Shown here: piece by piece, positions 25,872-35,231 of the stretch
Layout: every line of letters begins with the position of its first letter
Numbering within the stretch: the first letter of the stretch is position 1
From: Thermoplasmata archaeon
Lineage (GTDB): Archaea; Thermoplasmatota; Thermoplasmata; RBG-16-68-12; JAGMCJ01
Reading direction: 5' to 3'
Length of the DNA stretch: 64,000 bases
Assembly (NCBI GenBank): GCA_023136265.1
Contig: JAGLRN010000069.1
Span: 8,680-72,679 of the forward strand
Notes under the pieces: model-generated
The model's database searches: none
Seen by the model: only the letters and a program-made list of their open reading frames with translations
Told to the model about the DNA's origin: nothing
Made by a program: the position numbers and the translations under genes

Positions 25872-28024
25872 CCAAGGTCACACAGACGGAACTGTTCAGC
25901 ATGGCGATTTCCGGAGCCATAACGGCAACCGGCTACGCTGACGTTCTCCTGAACCGCGCCCTGAGGAAATACGGTCCTAACCAGACGATCGAGTATCCAG
26001 ACACGGGATACGAGCTTCCCTGCTTCTACGGCTGGACGACGACGCCCGTGAAGACGCTCAGTGACCTTCCCGCCCTCCTCGGAGAGGTCAGGGGGAAGAT
26101 AAGGCACGAGCCTACTCTCGAGAACGCGCTAACGGCCGGTGAGGCCACCATGTGGTCCGCCGAGATCGTGGAGGCGCTTCGGTACATCAATAACGATAAG
26201 CCGTTCGAGAACGAGGCCCCGCCAGGAAAGCAGGAGTACTGCGGTTTCGTGGGCGATCCCGTCCTCAGGAATCTGGGCATAGCGTTCGTCGACGATACCA
26301 TCCCTGGTGCTGTAGTCTTCGTCGGAAAGGCGAAGGACCCGGAGGCGCTAGCGAGGATAGTGAGGGACTTCCAGAACAAGGGCATGCTGCTCATGGCGAC
26401 ATTCGACATAATCAGGCAGCTCGAGGACCAGGGAATCAAGATGGGGACTGACATAATGCTCTTTCCCCTCGGCGAGTTCACGCAGGCGATACACGGCCTG
26501 AGCTTCGCCATCAGGGCCGCCCTCGCTTTCGGCGGGATAAAGCGCGGAGACCGAGAGGGACTGCTGAAATACCTCAAGACGAGACCCAAGGTCGTGGTGT
26601 TCCAGTTCGGCCCGCTCGACCAGATTAAGGTCGCAGCCGAGTTCGCCGTGATGTTCAACGGCTCCCCGACGATCACGGACCAGGATGTAGAGGAGATCCC
26701 GGGCAAGTACATCGTGCAGAAGGACTACGACCAGATGGTTCAGACGGCCATCGAAGTAAGGGACATGCAGGTCAAGCTCGCAGCCGTCGACATCCCGGTC
26801 CCGTACGGACCCGCGTTCGAGGGCGAGACCGTCAGGAAACCGGACACATACGTGGAATGCGGTGGACCCTCCAAGACGCCCGTCTTCGAGCTGGTGAAGA
26901 TGCGAGAGGCGGACGAGGTCGAGGACGGCAAGATAACCATGATCGGGAAGGATGTCGACGAGCTCGAGGAAGGGAGCGGCAGCCCGCTCGGGATCGTAGT
27001 CGAGGTTTACGGAAAGGACATGCAGAAGGACTTCGAGTCTGTCCTGGAGAGGAGGATACATCAGTTCATCAACTTCACCGAGGGCGGGTGGCACACGGGC
27101 CAGAGGAACCTTCTTTGGATAAGGCTCAGCAAGGACGGTGTCGGCCAGGGACTGAGGTTCAAGCACTTCGGCGACGTGCTGCACGCCAAGTTCCACGACG
27201 ACTTTGGCGGACTGTTGAGCCGTGTTCAGGTGACCATAACAACGGACCCGGCGGAAATCGAGAAGCACCTTCCGGAGGCGATGGAATCCTACGATTACAG
27301 GGACGAACGCCTGAGAGGCATGACCGACGAGGCCGTGGAAACGTTCTACACCTGCACTCTGTGCCAGAGCTTTGCCCCGAACCACGTGTGTATCATCACT
27401 CCCGAGAGGCTCGGGCTCTGCGGCGCCATCAACTGGCTGGACGCCAAGGCCAGTAATCAGATTACGCCGACGGGTCCGAATCAACCCATTGACAAGAAGA
27501 CCACTATAGAGGAGGTCAAGGGCCAGTGGGAGGGCGTGAACGAGGCGGTAATCGAGCACTCTCACGGGAAGCTGGACAAGTTCAACATCTACACCATGAT
27601 GGAGGACCCGATGACATCGTGCGGCTGCTTCGAATGCATCGTCGGCATAGTTCCTGAGGCGAACGGCGTCGTCGTTGTAAACCGGGAGCACGGCGGGATG
27701 ACGCCCCTGGGGATGAAGTTCTCCACGCTCGCTGGAACTGTGGGCGGCGGACTGCAGATGCCTGGGTTCATAGGCGTCGGAAGGTACTACCTACTGTCGA
27801 ACAAGTTCATAAGCGCGGATGGCGGATTCCAGAGGATCGTCTGGATGCCGAAGGAGCTCAAGGACGCGATGTACGACAAACTTAAAGAGAGAGCAGAGGA
27901 ATTGGGCATTCCCGATTTCGTGGACAAGATCGCTGACGAGACGGTCGCAACGGAATCGGCGGAGCTGCTTGAGTTCCTCGCAGAGAAGGAGCATCCAGCT
28001 CTGAAGTTACCATCTATGCTGTAG
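25868..28024 (+). CDS. acsB: Acetyl-CoA synthase, bacterial type with N-terminal CODH-binding domain
   Basis: 718 aa; YPDTGYELP N-domain, ERRIH, CTLCQSFAPNHVC, GLCG and TSCGCFEC A-cluster ligands. Confidence 0.95.
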   Translation: MTKVTQTELFSMAISGAITATGYADVLLNRALRKYGPNQTIEYPDTGYELPCFYGWTTTPVKTLSDLPALLGEVRGKIRHEPTLENALTAGEATMWSAEIVEALRYINNDKPFENEAPPGKQEYCGFVGDPVLRNLGIAFVDDTIPGAVVFVGKAKDPEALARIVRDFQNKGMLLMATFDIIRQLEDQGIKMGTDIMLFPLGEFTQAIHGLSFAIRAALAFGGIKRGDREGLLKYLKTRPKVVVFQFGPLDQIKVAAEFAVMFNGSPTITDQDVEEIPGKYIVQKDYDQMVQTAIEVRDMQVKLAAVDIPVPYGPAFEGETVRKPDTYVECGGPSKTPVFELVKMREADEVEDGKITMIGKDVDELEEGSGSPLGIVVEVYGKDMQKDFESVLERRIHQFINFTEGGWHTGQRNLLWIRLSKDGVGQGLRFKHFGDVLHAKFHDDFGGLLSRVQVTITTDPAEIEKHLPEAMESYDYRDERLRGMTDEAVETFYTCTLCQSFAPNHVCIITPERLGLCGAINWLDAKASNQITPTGPNQPIDKKTTIEEVKGQWEGVNEAVIEHSHGKLDKFNIYTMMEDPMTSCGCFECIVGIVPEANGVVVVNREHGGMTPLGMKFSTLAGTVGGGLQMPGFIGVGRYYLLSNKFISADGGFQRIVWMPKELKDAMYDKLKERAEELGIPDFVDKIADETVATESAELLEFLAEKEHPALKLPSML

Positions 28025-28036
28025 GGGCTTGGTACA

Positions 28037-28999
28037 ATGGCATTGGAGTTGCCCAAGGAGAAGTGGGTAGGGAAGATTGGACAAGTCGTCATCGGAGCCC
28101 TCGAGAGCGAGGGGGGAACGCGGACGAGCAAAGTTGCCCTGGGAGGGGCAACGAGCCTGCCTTTCCTCGGCTTTGAGGGCGAGTATCCGAACGAGCCGCC
28201 GATAGGGATGGAGATTTTCGACATCGTCCGAGAGGACTATCCAGAGGTTGCGAGGAAGCCCTTCGAGGATGTCATCGACGACCCCGGTAAGTGGGCCAAG
28301 AAGTGCGTCGAGGAATACGGCGCGGACATGATCTGCATCAGGATGATCGGCACGAACCCGGAGGAGGAGAACCGCTCGGTCGAGGACGCTGAACAGACGA
28401 TCAAGGAACTCAAGGAAGCGGTCGGAGTCCCGCTCCTGATCTACGGCTCCGGAGATGAGGAGAAGGACGCCAAGGTCCTCGAGATGGCCTCGAACGTTAT
28501 GGCCGGCGAGAGATGCCTTCTCGGTCTCGCGGAGGAGGCCGCGTACAAGTCGATATCCGTCGCGACCATGTCCAACGACCATGGAATCGTGGCGTTCAGC
28601 AATCTGGACATCAACCTGGCGAAGCAGATGAACATCCTGCTCACGGATTTCGGTGTCAAGCTCGGGAACATCGTCATGGACCCGCTTCAGGCGGGCCTAG
28701 GATACGGGCTCGAGTACTCGTACTCGGTCATCGAGAGGATCCGGCTCGCCGCGCTCATGGGAGATAAGATTCTTCAGGTTCCCATGATGTGCGGGACAGC
28801 GCGCGTCTGGAACGCGAGGGAGGCGTTCAAGGAGGACGCCGACACCGGGGATTCCACCTCCCGAGCGATATTCTGGGAGGCCACGACCGGTCTGTCCGCC
28901 CTACTGGCGGGCGCGGACGCGCTTCTCATGAGACATCCGGATGCCGTCAAGCACGTCAAGGAGTCCGTCAAGAACCTCTACGGAGGAGGCGAGCAGTAA
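28037..28999 (+). CDS. acsD: Corrinoid Fe-S protein small subunit
   Basis: LGGATSLPF, DINLAKQMNI and LGYGLEYSYSVIERIRLAAL..D. Confidence 0.93.
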   Translation: MALELPKEKWVGKIGQVVIGALESEGGTRTSKVALGGATSLPFLGFEGEYPNEPPIGMEIFDIVREDYPEVARKPFEDVIDDPGKWAKKCVEEYGADMICIRMIGTNPEEENRSVEDAEQTIKELKEAVGVPLLIYGSGDEEKDAKVLEMASNVMAGERCLLGLAEEAAYKSISVATMSNDHGIVAFSNLDINLAKQMNILLTDFGVKLGNIVMDPLQAGLGYGLEYSYSVIERIRLAALMGDKILQVPMMCGTARVWNAREAFKEDADTGDSTSRAIFWEATTGLSALLAGADALLMRHPDAVKHVKESVKNLYGGGEQ

Positions 29000-30333
29000 T
29001 GGCGCTCACTGCCCTGGACATCTACAAGAAACTGCCGCAGACGAACTGCGGGAAATGTGGGTTCCCAACATGCCTGGCATTCGCGATGCAGCTGGCCAAC
29101 AAGAAGGCGAGCATCGACGCCTGTCCGGACGTCTCGGACGAGGCAAAGGAACTGCTGGAATCCTCAGCCGCACCGCCGATAAAACTGGTGAAGGTGGGCT
29201 CTGGGGACAGGGAGATTGAGATGGGAGACGAGGTCGTCATGCATAGGCACGAGAAGACGTTCTACCATCCTGTCGCGTACGCCCTGATGGTCGATGATGA
29301 CTCTCCAGACATAGAGTCCAAGGTCCAGGCGGCCGGGGAGATGAAGTTCGAGCGAGTGGGGCAGGAGATGCAACTCGACATGATCGCAATTCGCTCGAAA
29401 TCGGACGATCCAGCGAAGTTCTCCTCTGCCGTCTCCGCGGTGAAGGGAAAGACGTCAGTACCGCTCGCGCTCGTGTCGCAGAACCCAGCGGTCATAGAGG
29501 AAGGGCTGAAGGTCTGCGGCTCTGACAGACCGCTCATTCACGCCGCGACCAAAGACAACTTCGAGAAGATGGCGGAGCTCGCGAAGGCGAACAACTGCCC
29601 GCTGGCGGTCCTCGAGGACTCGGGACTGGAGGAGCTCGCTGAACTGAGCAAGAAGGTGAAGGAGGCGGGCGTGGAGGACATAGTCCTTGACCTCGGCAAG
29701 AAACCCCTGGGCAAGCTGTTCCAGGAGCTCACGCTGATCAGGCGGCTCGCCATCAAGAAGCTCTTCAGACCTCTCGGCTATCCGATCATCATGTTCGCCG
29801 AGGGCGAGGGGGCAAGCGAGGGTCTGGAAGCCGCGATCGGAACCCTGAAGTACGCTTCCATCGTCGTTATGAAGGAGGCGGACAGGGCCATCATGTATCC
29901 GCTGTTCACGCTCAGGCAGAACATCTACACAGACCCGCAGAAGCCCATACAGGTGAAGCCTGGCATATACGAACTCAACGGACCCGCCGAGGACTCACCG
30001 GTGATGATCACCACGAACTTCTCGCTCACTTACTTCACCGTCGCGGGGGACATCGAGACCAGCAAGGTCCCGAGCTATCTCCTCGTGGCCGATTCCGAGG
30101 GTCTGTCCGTGATGACGGCGTTCGCGGCGGACAAGTTCACCGCCGACACCGCTACGGAGCTGATAGAGAGCTGCGGGATTGCGGACAAGGTCAATCACAA
30201 GAAGATCATCATCCCCGGACAGGTGGCGAGGATGAGTGGAAAGCTCAACGAGAACTCCGGCTGGGAAGTGGTCGTGGGACCGAGGGATTCCTCCGGCCTT
30301 CCGAAGTACCTGAGAGAATACACTAGCGCCTAG
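28999..30333 (+). CDS. acsC: Corrinoid Fe-S protein large subunit
   Basis: ATG overlaps the acsD stop (TAATG); LPQTNCGKCGFPTCLAFA, RHEKTF, IYTDPQKP, TTNFSLTYF and VGPRDS. Confidence 0.95.
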   Translation: MALTALDIYKKLPQTNCGKCGFPTCLAFAMQLANKKASIDACPDVSDEAKELLESSAAPPIKLVKVGSGDREIEMGDEVVMHRHEKTFYHPVAYALMVDDDSPDIESKVQAAGEMKFERVGQEMQLDMIAIRSKSDDPAKFSSAVSAVKGKTSVPLALVSQNPAVIEEGLKVCGSDRPLIHAATKDNFEKMAELAKANNCPLAVLEDSGLEELAELSKKVKEAGVEDIVLDLGKKPLGKLFQELTLIRRLAIKKLFRPLGYPIIMFAEGEGASEGLEAAIGTLKYASIVVMKEADRAIMYPLFTLRQNIYTDPQKPIQVKPGIYELNGPAEDSPVMITTNFSLTYFTVAGDIETSKVPSYLLVADSEGLSVMTAFAADKFTADTATELIESCGIADKVNHKKIIIPGQVARMSGKLNENSGWEVVVGPRDSSGLPKYLREYTSA

Positions 30334-31473
30334 CTACATCTGCGTCGGGTCCAGGTAGCTCGCTTCCTTCTTCCTGATCGGCTCGAGTGACTTGTCCACG
30401 GTCTTTTTCATCTGCAGACCGGAGACGTGCATCAGAGTGTCCCCGAGGTCGTCCTCGACGTTCATCGAGCACAGGCATGGATAGTGATGGTGCGCCAGCC
30501 CCGCCTTTTCCACGGCATCCCTGACCTCAGTTCCTGGGAGTTTATCGGCAACGAACCTCCCGCAGCCGCAGGGCGAGTCACGCACGACCTCCGTCCCCGT
30601 CACGGTGTTCTTCTCGACCTTCACGTCCAGTATGGGCCTTCCGAAGAATTCAGCGAACTTGTCGATGATAGGATTGCCCACCGCATCGAGGGTGCAAAAG
30701 GGCCTCGGGAACGCGGTTGCGATTCCGGTCTTTGAGAGTTCCCGCTTGATTTGCGTCTTCATCCCGAGTGGTAGCCACTGTGAGCTGTCCACCGGTGCGA
30801 TTAATGCCATCGCATCTGCGGCCTTCACTATGTCTACGATCAGTTGAGCGGCGCTCGAGTTCTCCTGCAGGGCGAGCACTAGGTCCGCTTTGGGCACGGA
30901 CTCTGGCAGGAACTCAGCGGGGTCGTCGATGACGAGTGGCAGGTCCACCGGGAGCATCAGTGTCTCCACCTTGAAGCCCTCGGGACCGTTGTCCTGAACA
31001 TTCTTGGCGATGCGCTCACCGTACTCACCCTGAACGAGCGCGAGAATCGTCATTTCTCCTTTGCCTACCCGCTCGAGTTCCTCGGCGGTCAGCTCCCGCT
31101 TCTGGATTTCCTCCTCCTTCTCCGCGGCCCGCTCGACGTGATAGGTCGGCCCTCTCTCCAGAGCCTCAAGAAGCCGCTTCTCGAAGGCCTCCATTTCGTC
31201 CCAATCTAGCTCTTCGCCTATGTCCAGAGCGATCGCCGAGTGCTTCGCCTCCCCCTGGAGCGTGTTCTTCTCGCCCGCGAGAACGGAGATCTCCGTCTCT
31301 CCAACGATCAATCGGAGGTTCGAGAAGACCTCCTTCTTCTTCTGAGCCTTGAGATATACCCTCTCAGGAGTGTAGTCGAAACGGCACGATCCTGTGCTGA
31401 GCGCCGCCGATCTGAGGGCCGCAACGACATCGCTTCCAGAGTATTCCTTGCCGAATGTGACTTCCTTTCTCAT
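30334..31473 (-). CDS. DUF166-family protein with an extra N-terminal domain of about 140 aa
   Basis: C-terminal part GEYGERI..IDDP.EFLP..PRPFC.L..FGRP..RDSPCG..HHHYPCLCSM..MHVSG resembles DUF166. Confidence 0.7.
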   Translation of the reverse strand: MRKEVTFGKEYSGSDVVAALRSAALSTGSCRFDYTPERVYLKAQKKKEVFSNLRLIVGETEISVLAGEKNTLQGEAKHSAIALDIGEELDWDEMEAFEKRLLEALERGPTYHVERAAEKEEEIQKRELTAEELERVGKGEMTILALVQGEYGERIAKNVQDNGPEGFKVETLMLPVDLPLVIDDPAEFLPESVPKADLVLALQENSSAAQLIVDIVKAADAMALIAPVDSSQWLPLGMKTQIKRELSKTGIATAFPRPFCTLDAVGNPIIDKFAEFFGRPILDVKVEKNTVTGTEVVRDSPCGCGRFVADKLPGTEVRDAVEKAGLAHHHYPCLCSMNVEDDLGDTLMHVSGLQMKKTVDKSLEPIRKKEASYLDPTQM

Positions 31474-31506
31474 GTTCTGCCTCTGCCGACTAGAAGTTGG
31501 CGCTGG

Positions 31507-32253
31507 CTAGATGTTCAGCTTGGCGAGGATCTCCTTGGCCCGCGCGTAGGCGACGCTGTCCGTGGGGAGGTCGATGAGCGGATCCCCGGTCAGGGAGAGC
31601 TCTTTTATGTTCTGGTCCTCGGGGAACACTTCCCTGCAGTTAAAACCAGCCTCCTCGATGACCGGGCTCAGGAGCTCCGGGATCTCGGCGGTGCGGCTGA
31701 TGACCAGGCATCTATCCTTCACCTTCAGGTCTAGGCTACCGCTCAGTTCCCTGATCCTTCCAGCGGTCACCACGCCGTGTTTGGTCGGGTCCGACAGTAT
31801 GAACATCATGTCGACGTTCCTTGTGGTCCTCCTGCTGAGGTGCTCCATCCCGGCCTCGTTGTCTATGACCACGTAATCGTAGTTCGCCGAGAGCTGGTCC
31901 AGATACGTCCGAAGGATGTTGTTGATGTAGCAGTAGCAACCCGGACCCTCCTGTCTGCCCATCGCGACTAGGTCGAACTTGTCGCCCTCGACCATGGCCA
32001 TACGGAGGTTATAGTCCACGTAGTCCTGCTTGGACATAGCGGGGGATGAATCACCAACGTTCTTGAGCAGGTCCTCTCTGAGATCGCCGATCGTCTGGTT
32101 CACTTCGACCCCGAGCATCACGTCGAGCGTCGAGTTTGGGTCTGCGTCGACCGCCAGAACCACGGACTTCTCGCTGAGCGCCTTTATCAGAAGCGTCGCG
32201 AACGTGGACTTCCCCACGCCGCCCTTGCCCGAAACGGCGATGGTCTTTCCCAT
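31507..32253 (-). CDS. acsF: CooC/AcsF-type nickel-insertion ATPase (ACS maturation)
   Basis: GKGGVGKST, DADPN, GPGCYC and DNEAGMEHLSRR. Confidence 0.88.
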   Translation of the reverse strand: MGKTIAVSGKGGVGKSTFATLLIKALSEKSVVLAVDADPNSTLDVMLGVEVNQTIGDLREDLLKNVGDSSPAMSKQDYVDYNLRMAMVEGDKFDLVAMGRQEGPGCYCYINNILRTYLDQLSANYDYVVIDNEAGMEHLSRRTTRNVDMMFILSDPTKHGVVTAGRIRELSGSLDLKVKDRCLVISRTAEIPELLSPVIEEAGFNCREVFPEDQNIKELSLTGDPLIDLPTDSVAYARAKEILAKLNI

Positions 32254-32254
32254 C

Positions 32255-33283
32255 TCAGTCCTCCAGACCGTACTTCTCACGCATGTGGCTGGACAGTTCC
32301 CTCGTCATCCTCAGGGCCGCCTCCGCCTGTTCCTCGCTCAGGCCTGATAGGCCGCACATGGGCGTCACAAGGGACTGCCTGCGAATCCTTTCCTCGTCCA
32401 CACCTTTCCCTGCCAGCAGTCCAATATTACTTTCAAGCTTCCCTATAAGACTTTGCAGATTCTCAGCTGCAAAGGCGTCGGGTGTCGATGGGACCACGCC
32501 CCACGCGATAAGGCCTCCCCGGTCCAGGAAGGCTGACACATCCTCGGGATAGAGCGAGAGCGTGTGACCATAGTTGTACGCGTCGAAGGAGAGCATGCTG
32601 GCAGGAGACCGCAGGATGAGCGGCCATTCCGTGTTCCCGCAGCAGTGGAACCCGCTCAGCCCGCCAAGGTCGTTGACCACGTCCTCGAACAATGTGAGGA
32701 CCTCGTCCTTGCTGATGTTCAGGAATGCCGAGCCATACATGTTGAGATACGGCTCGTCGAAGACGACCAGTGTGTTCTCGTGAAGACCGGAGAGGCGGTT
32801 TGCCATCCAACGCGCGGTCATGTTCACCGTCTTCGTGACGATCTCCTTGTACGTGTCGTCGTACAGAAGCGATCTCTTGTCCTCGTACGTCAGGTTGAGA
32901 CCCAGGCTGATGGGTCCCGTGACCTGCCCTCGAACAATCTTGGCGGGGGTTCCCTTCACCGCCCTCTCGAACTCGAAGAATGCGGTGGCGAACTCGGGTG
33001 ACAGCGAGAAGTATTCCAAATCCTCCTCAATGACCTTCTCGTAGAAGGACTCGATCTCAGATGCCTCCCCCGGTTCTACGAATATCCTGTCATCCTCCAT
33101 CCGGACGCCAGGGATGCTCTGCGAGTACTGGGCGTACATGTTCTCCTTGAATCCCCGGCGGGGAAGCTGTGGCCAGGTCGGGATCTCGGGCGTGTACTTC
33201 AGAACGAGCTCCACGGCCTTTTTGACGTCGGTGTGCGGGAGGCTTCCGACGGTCATCGGAAGGAAATCCGCACGGAAGGTCAG
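32255..33283 (-). CDS. Core MetE-like (MesB-like) corrinoid-dependent, folate-independent methionine synthase
   Basis: GSLPH, GQVTGP, DEP, zinc ligands HCC and TPMCG, WGVVP; single barrel of about 340 aa. Probable CTG start at 33283 (the ORF track starts at 33256). Confidence 0.75.
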   Translation of the reverse strand: MTFRADFLPMTVGSLPHTDVKKAVELVLKYTPEIPTWPQLPRRGFKENMYAQYSQSIPGVRMEDDRIFVEPGEASEIESFYEKVIEEDLEYFSLSPEFATAFFEFERAVKGTPAKIVRGQVTGPISLGLNLTYEDKRSLLYDDTYKEIVTKTVNMTARWMANRLSGLHENTLVVFDEPYLNMYGSAFLNISKDEVLTLFEDVVNDLGGLSGFHCCGNTEWPLILRSPASMLSFDAYNYGHTLSLYPEDVSAFLDRGGLIAWGVVPSTPDAFAAENLQSLIGKLESNIGLLAGKGVDEERIRRQSLVTPMCGLSGLSEEQAEAALRMTRELSSHMREKYGLED

Positions 33284-35154
33284 ATGACCAGCTCCCTGGC
33301 GCTCGGGAACTTCTCCAGGTTGGTATGAGGCAAGAACATGGCAGAGGTGAACTCATTGAAGAATGACGGTGTGACGCTAAGCTCGATGTAGGTCATCTTC
33401 TTGGCGATGTCTGTCGCCTCCTGCTTGCTCTTCTTCGACAGGATCGTCAAACGGGCGCCCGCCAAAGACCCGTTCCCGATGAACCTGAACTTGTTAGGGT
33501 CCACGTCAGGAAGCAGGCCGAGCCATATGCTCTTCCTCGTGTCCAGATAGTTCCCGAAGCCACCAGCGATGAATATCTGCTCGACATCGTCGAAGGAGTA
33601 GTTCATCGTCTTCAGTAGCACGGTCGCGGCCGCGTAGACCGCCGCCTTCGTTCGGATGATGTTCCTGATGTCGACCTCCGTGATGACCATGTCCTTGTAT
33701 ATCCTGGTCTCGTCCGCCCAGACGACGACGAACTCCTTGCCTTCGGGGCCGTCACGGACCCTCGGGATCTTGAGCGGTCTGATCCTCCCTGAACGGTCGA
33801 TGACACCGTGCATGAACATCTCCGCGAGCAGGTCGATGAGACCGGTGCCGCAGATGCCTTTCGGCTTCACATCCCCTATCGTCTTGTACTTGACCTCAAG
33901 GTCCGTGGTGAGAGCCACTTTCTCTATCGCACCGACCATCGCCCGGATGCCGTAATCGACCTCGCCGCCCTCGAACGCCGGGCCCGCCGAGCACGAACAG
34001 GAGACCATCCAGTCCTTGTTCCCGAGAACGACCTCGCCGTTCGTCCCGACGTCTATCAGCATGGAGAGCTTGTCCGTCTTGTGCAGCGCTGACGCCAGCA
34101 CATCCGCCGTGATGTCCCCGCCGACGTAGCTGCTGCGACACGGCAGGATGTAGACGTAGCCCTCCGGGTTGATCTTGATGCCAGTCTCCCTGGCCTTGAT
34201 GAGCGGGAAGAAGTTCGCCGACGGGATGTACGGCTCCCGCCTGATGTGCGCGGGGTTCAGTCCGAGAAGCAGATGAGTCATCACCGTGTTGCCAGCCGCG
34301 GCGGCGTAGCAGATCTCGTTCCGACGCACTCCCGCATCGTCCATCATCTCCTTGAGGAGGTAGTTAATCGTCTCCACAATCAGCATTCTGAGAACCTTCA
34401 GCCCGCCCTTCTCCTCCTCGGCGTGAAGAATCCTGGTGAGGACGTCCTCGCCGTGGATTACCTGCTTATTATAGGCTGCCTTCTTCGCGACTATCTCCCC
34501 GCTACTCAGGTTCACGAGCTCGGCGACGACAGTCGTGGTTCCCACGTCCACCGCCAGACTGAAGTTCCTCGCGGACGTATCTCCGCCCTGCAGATGCACG
34601 AGCTCGTGGCACTCGCCGTCCTCCACGACCGTGGCCGTCACGTCCCACTCGCTCTTCCTGAAGAGGTTGCTCATCCTCCTCATCACGGGCAGGGGGCCCA
34701 TGATGTCCTCGATTCCGTGGTCGCTCAGCGCTCGCTTCAGGCGGTCCAGATCGCTCAGGTTGTCCGTCAGCGTCGGTTCGCTCAGCTCAAAATAGAATTT
34801 CATGATGGGCGGGTCCAGCTTCTCCGCCTCCACGACGTCGGCCTTCATCAGTATCTGAAGCATCCCGACGCGGCTCTCTTCAGGGACGAGGACTTCGACA
34901 TCGCCCTCCGCCCTGGTCATGCATGCGAGGTGATAACCCTTCTTGATCTCGCTAGGTTCGAGAAGCTCCGTCTTCTCGGCGGTAACGTCTCCCGCCTGAA
35001 CGATGACCTTGCACTTGCCGCACTTGCCTCGACCGCCACAGATGGAATCGACGTAGATGTCGGCCTCGATCGCTGCGTCGAGGAGGTCCGTGCCCTTGTC
35101 GACCTCTATCGTCTTGTCGTCTGGTAGGAACCTGACCTGCACCTTCTTAGCCAT
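33280..35154 (-). CDS. acsV: Reductive activator of corrinoid protein (RACo/AcsV; 2Fe-2S plus ASKHA ATPase)
   Basis: CGGRGKCGKC..LAC, DVGTTT, DVGTNGE, SAGPAFEG, GICGTG and AGGFG. Confidence 0.92.
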   Translation of the reverse strand: MAKKVQVRFLPDDKTIEVDKGTDLLDAAIEADIYVDSICGGRGKCGKCKVIVQAGDVTAEKTELLEPSEIKKGYHLACMTRAEGDVEVLVPEESRVGMLQILMKADVVEAEKLDPPIMKFYFELSEPTLTDNLSDLDRLKRALSDHGIEDIMGPLPVMRRMSNLFRKSEWDVTATVVEDGECHELVHLQGGDTSARNFSLAVDVGTTTVVAELVNLSSGEIVAKKAAYNKQVIHGEDVLTRILHAEEEKGGLKVLRMLIVETINYLLKEMMDDAGVRRNEICYAAAAGNTVMTHLLLGLNPAHIRREPYIPSANFFPLIKARETGIKINPEGYVYILPCRSSYVGGDITADVLASALHKTDKLSMLIDVGTNGEVVLGNKDWMVSCSCSAGPAFEGGEVDYGIRAMVGAIEKVALTTDLEVKYKTIGDVKPKGICGTGLIDLLAEMFMHGVIDRSGRIRPLKIPRVRDGPEGKEFVVVWADETRIYKDMVITEVDIRNIIRTKAAVYAAATVLLKTMNYSFDDVEQIFIAGGFGNYLDTRKSIWLGLLPDVDPNKFRFIGNGSLAGARLTILSKKSKQEATDIAKKMTYIELSVTPSFFNEFTSAMFLPHTNLEKFPSARELVI

Positions 35155-35231
35155 GTCTCCCAGCATTCCGAAGTCTTGCGCCATAGATAAACGTTTTCGA
35201 CTGCCTGCAGGGAGAAGCGCCTTCTCTTCCG

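Noticed and set aside
24333-27691. 367-aa and 447-aa minus-strand ORFs
   Set aside because: Antisense shadows of cooS and acsB.
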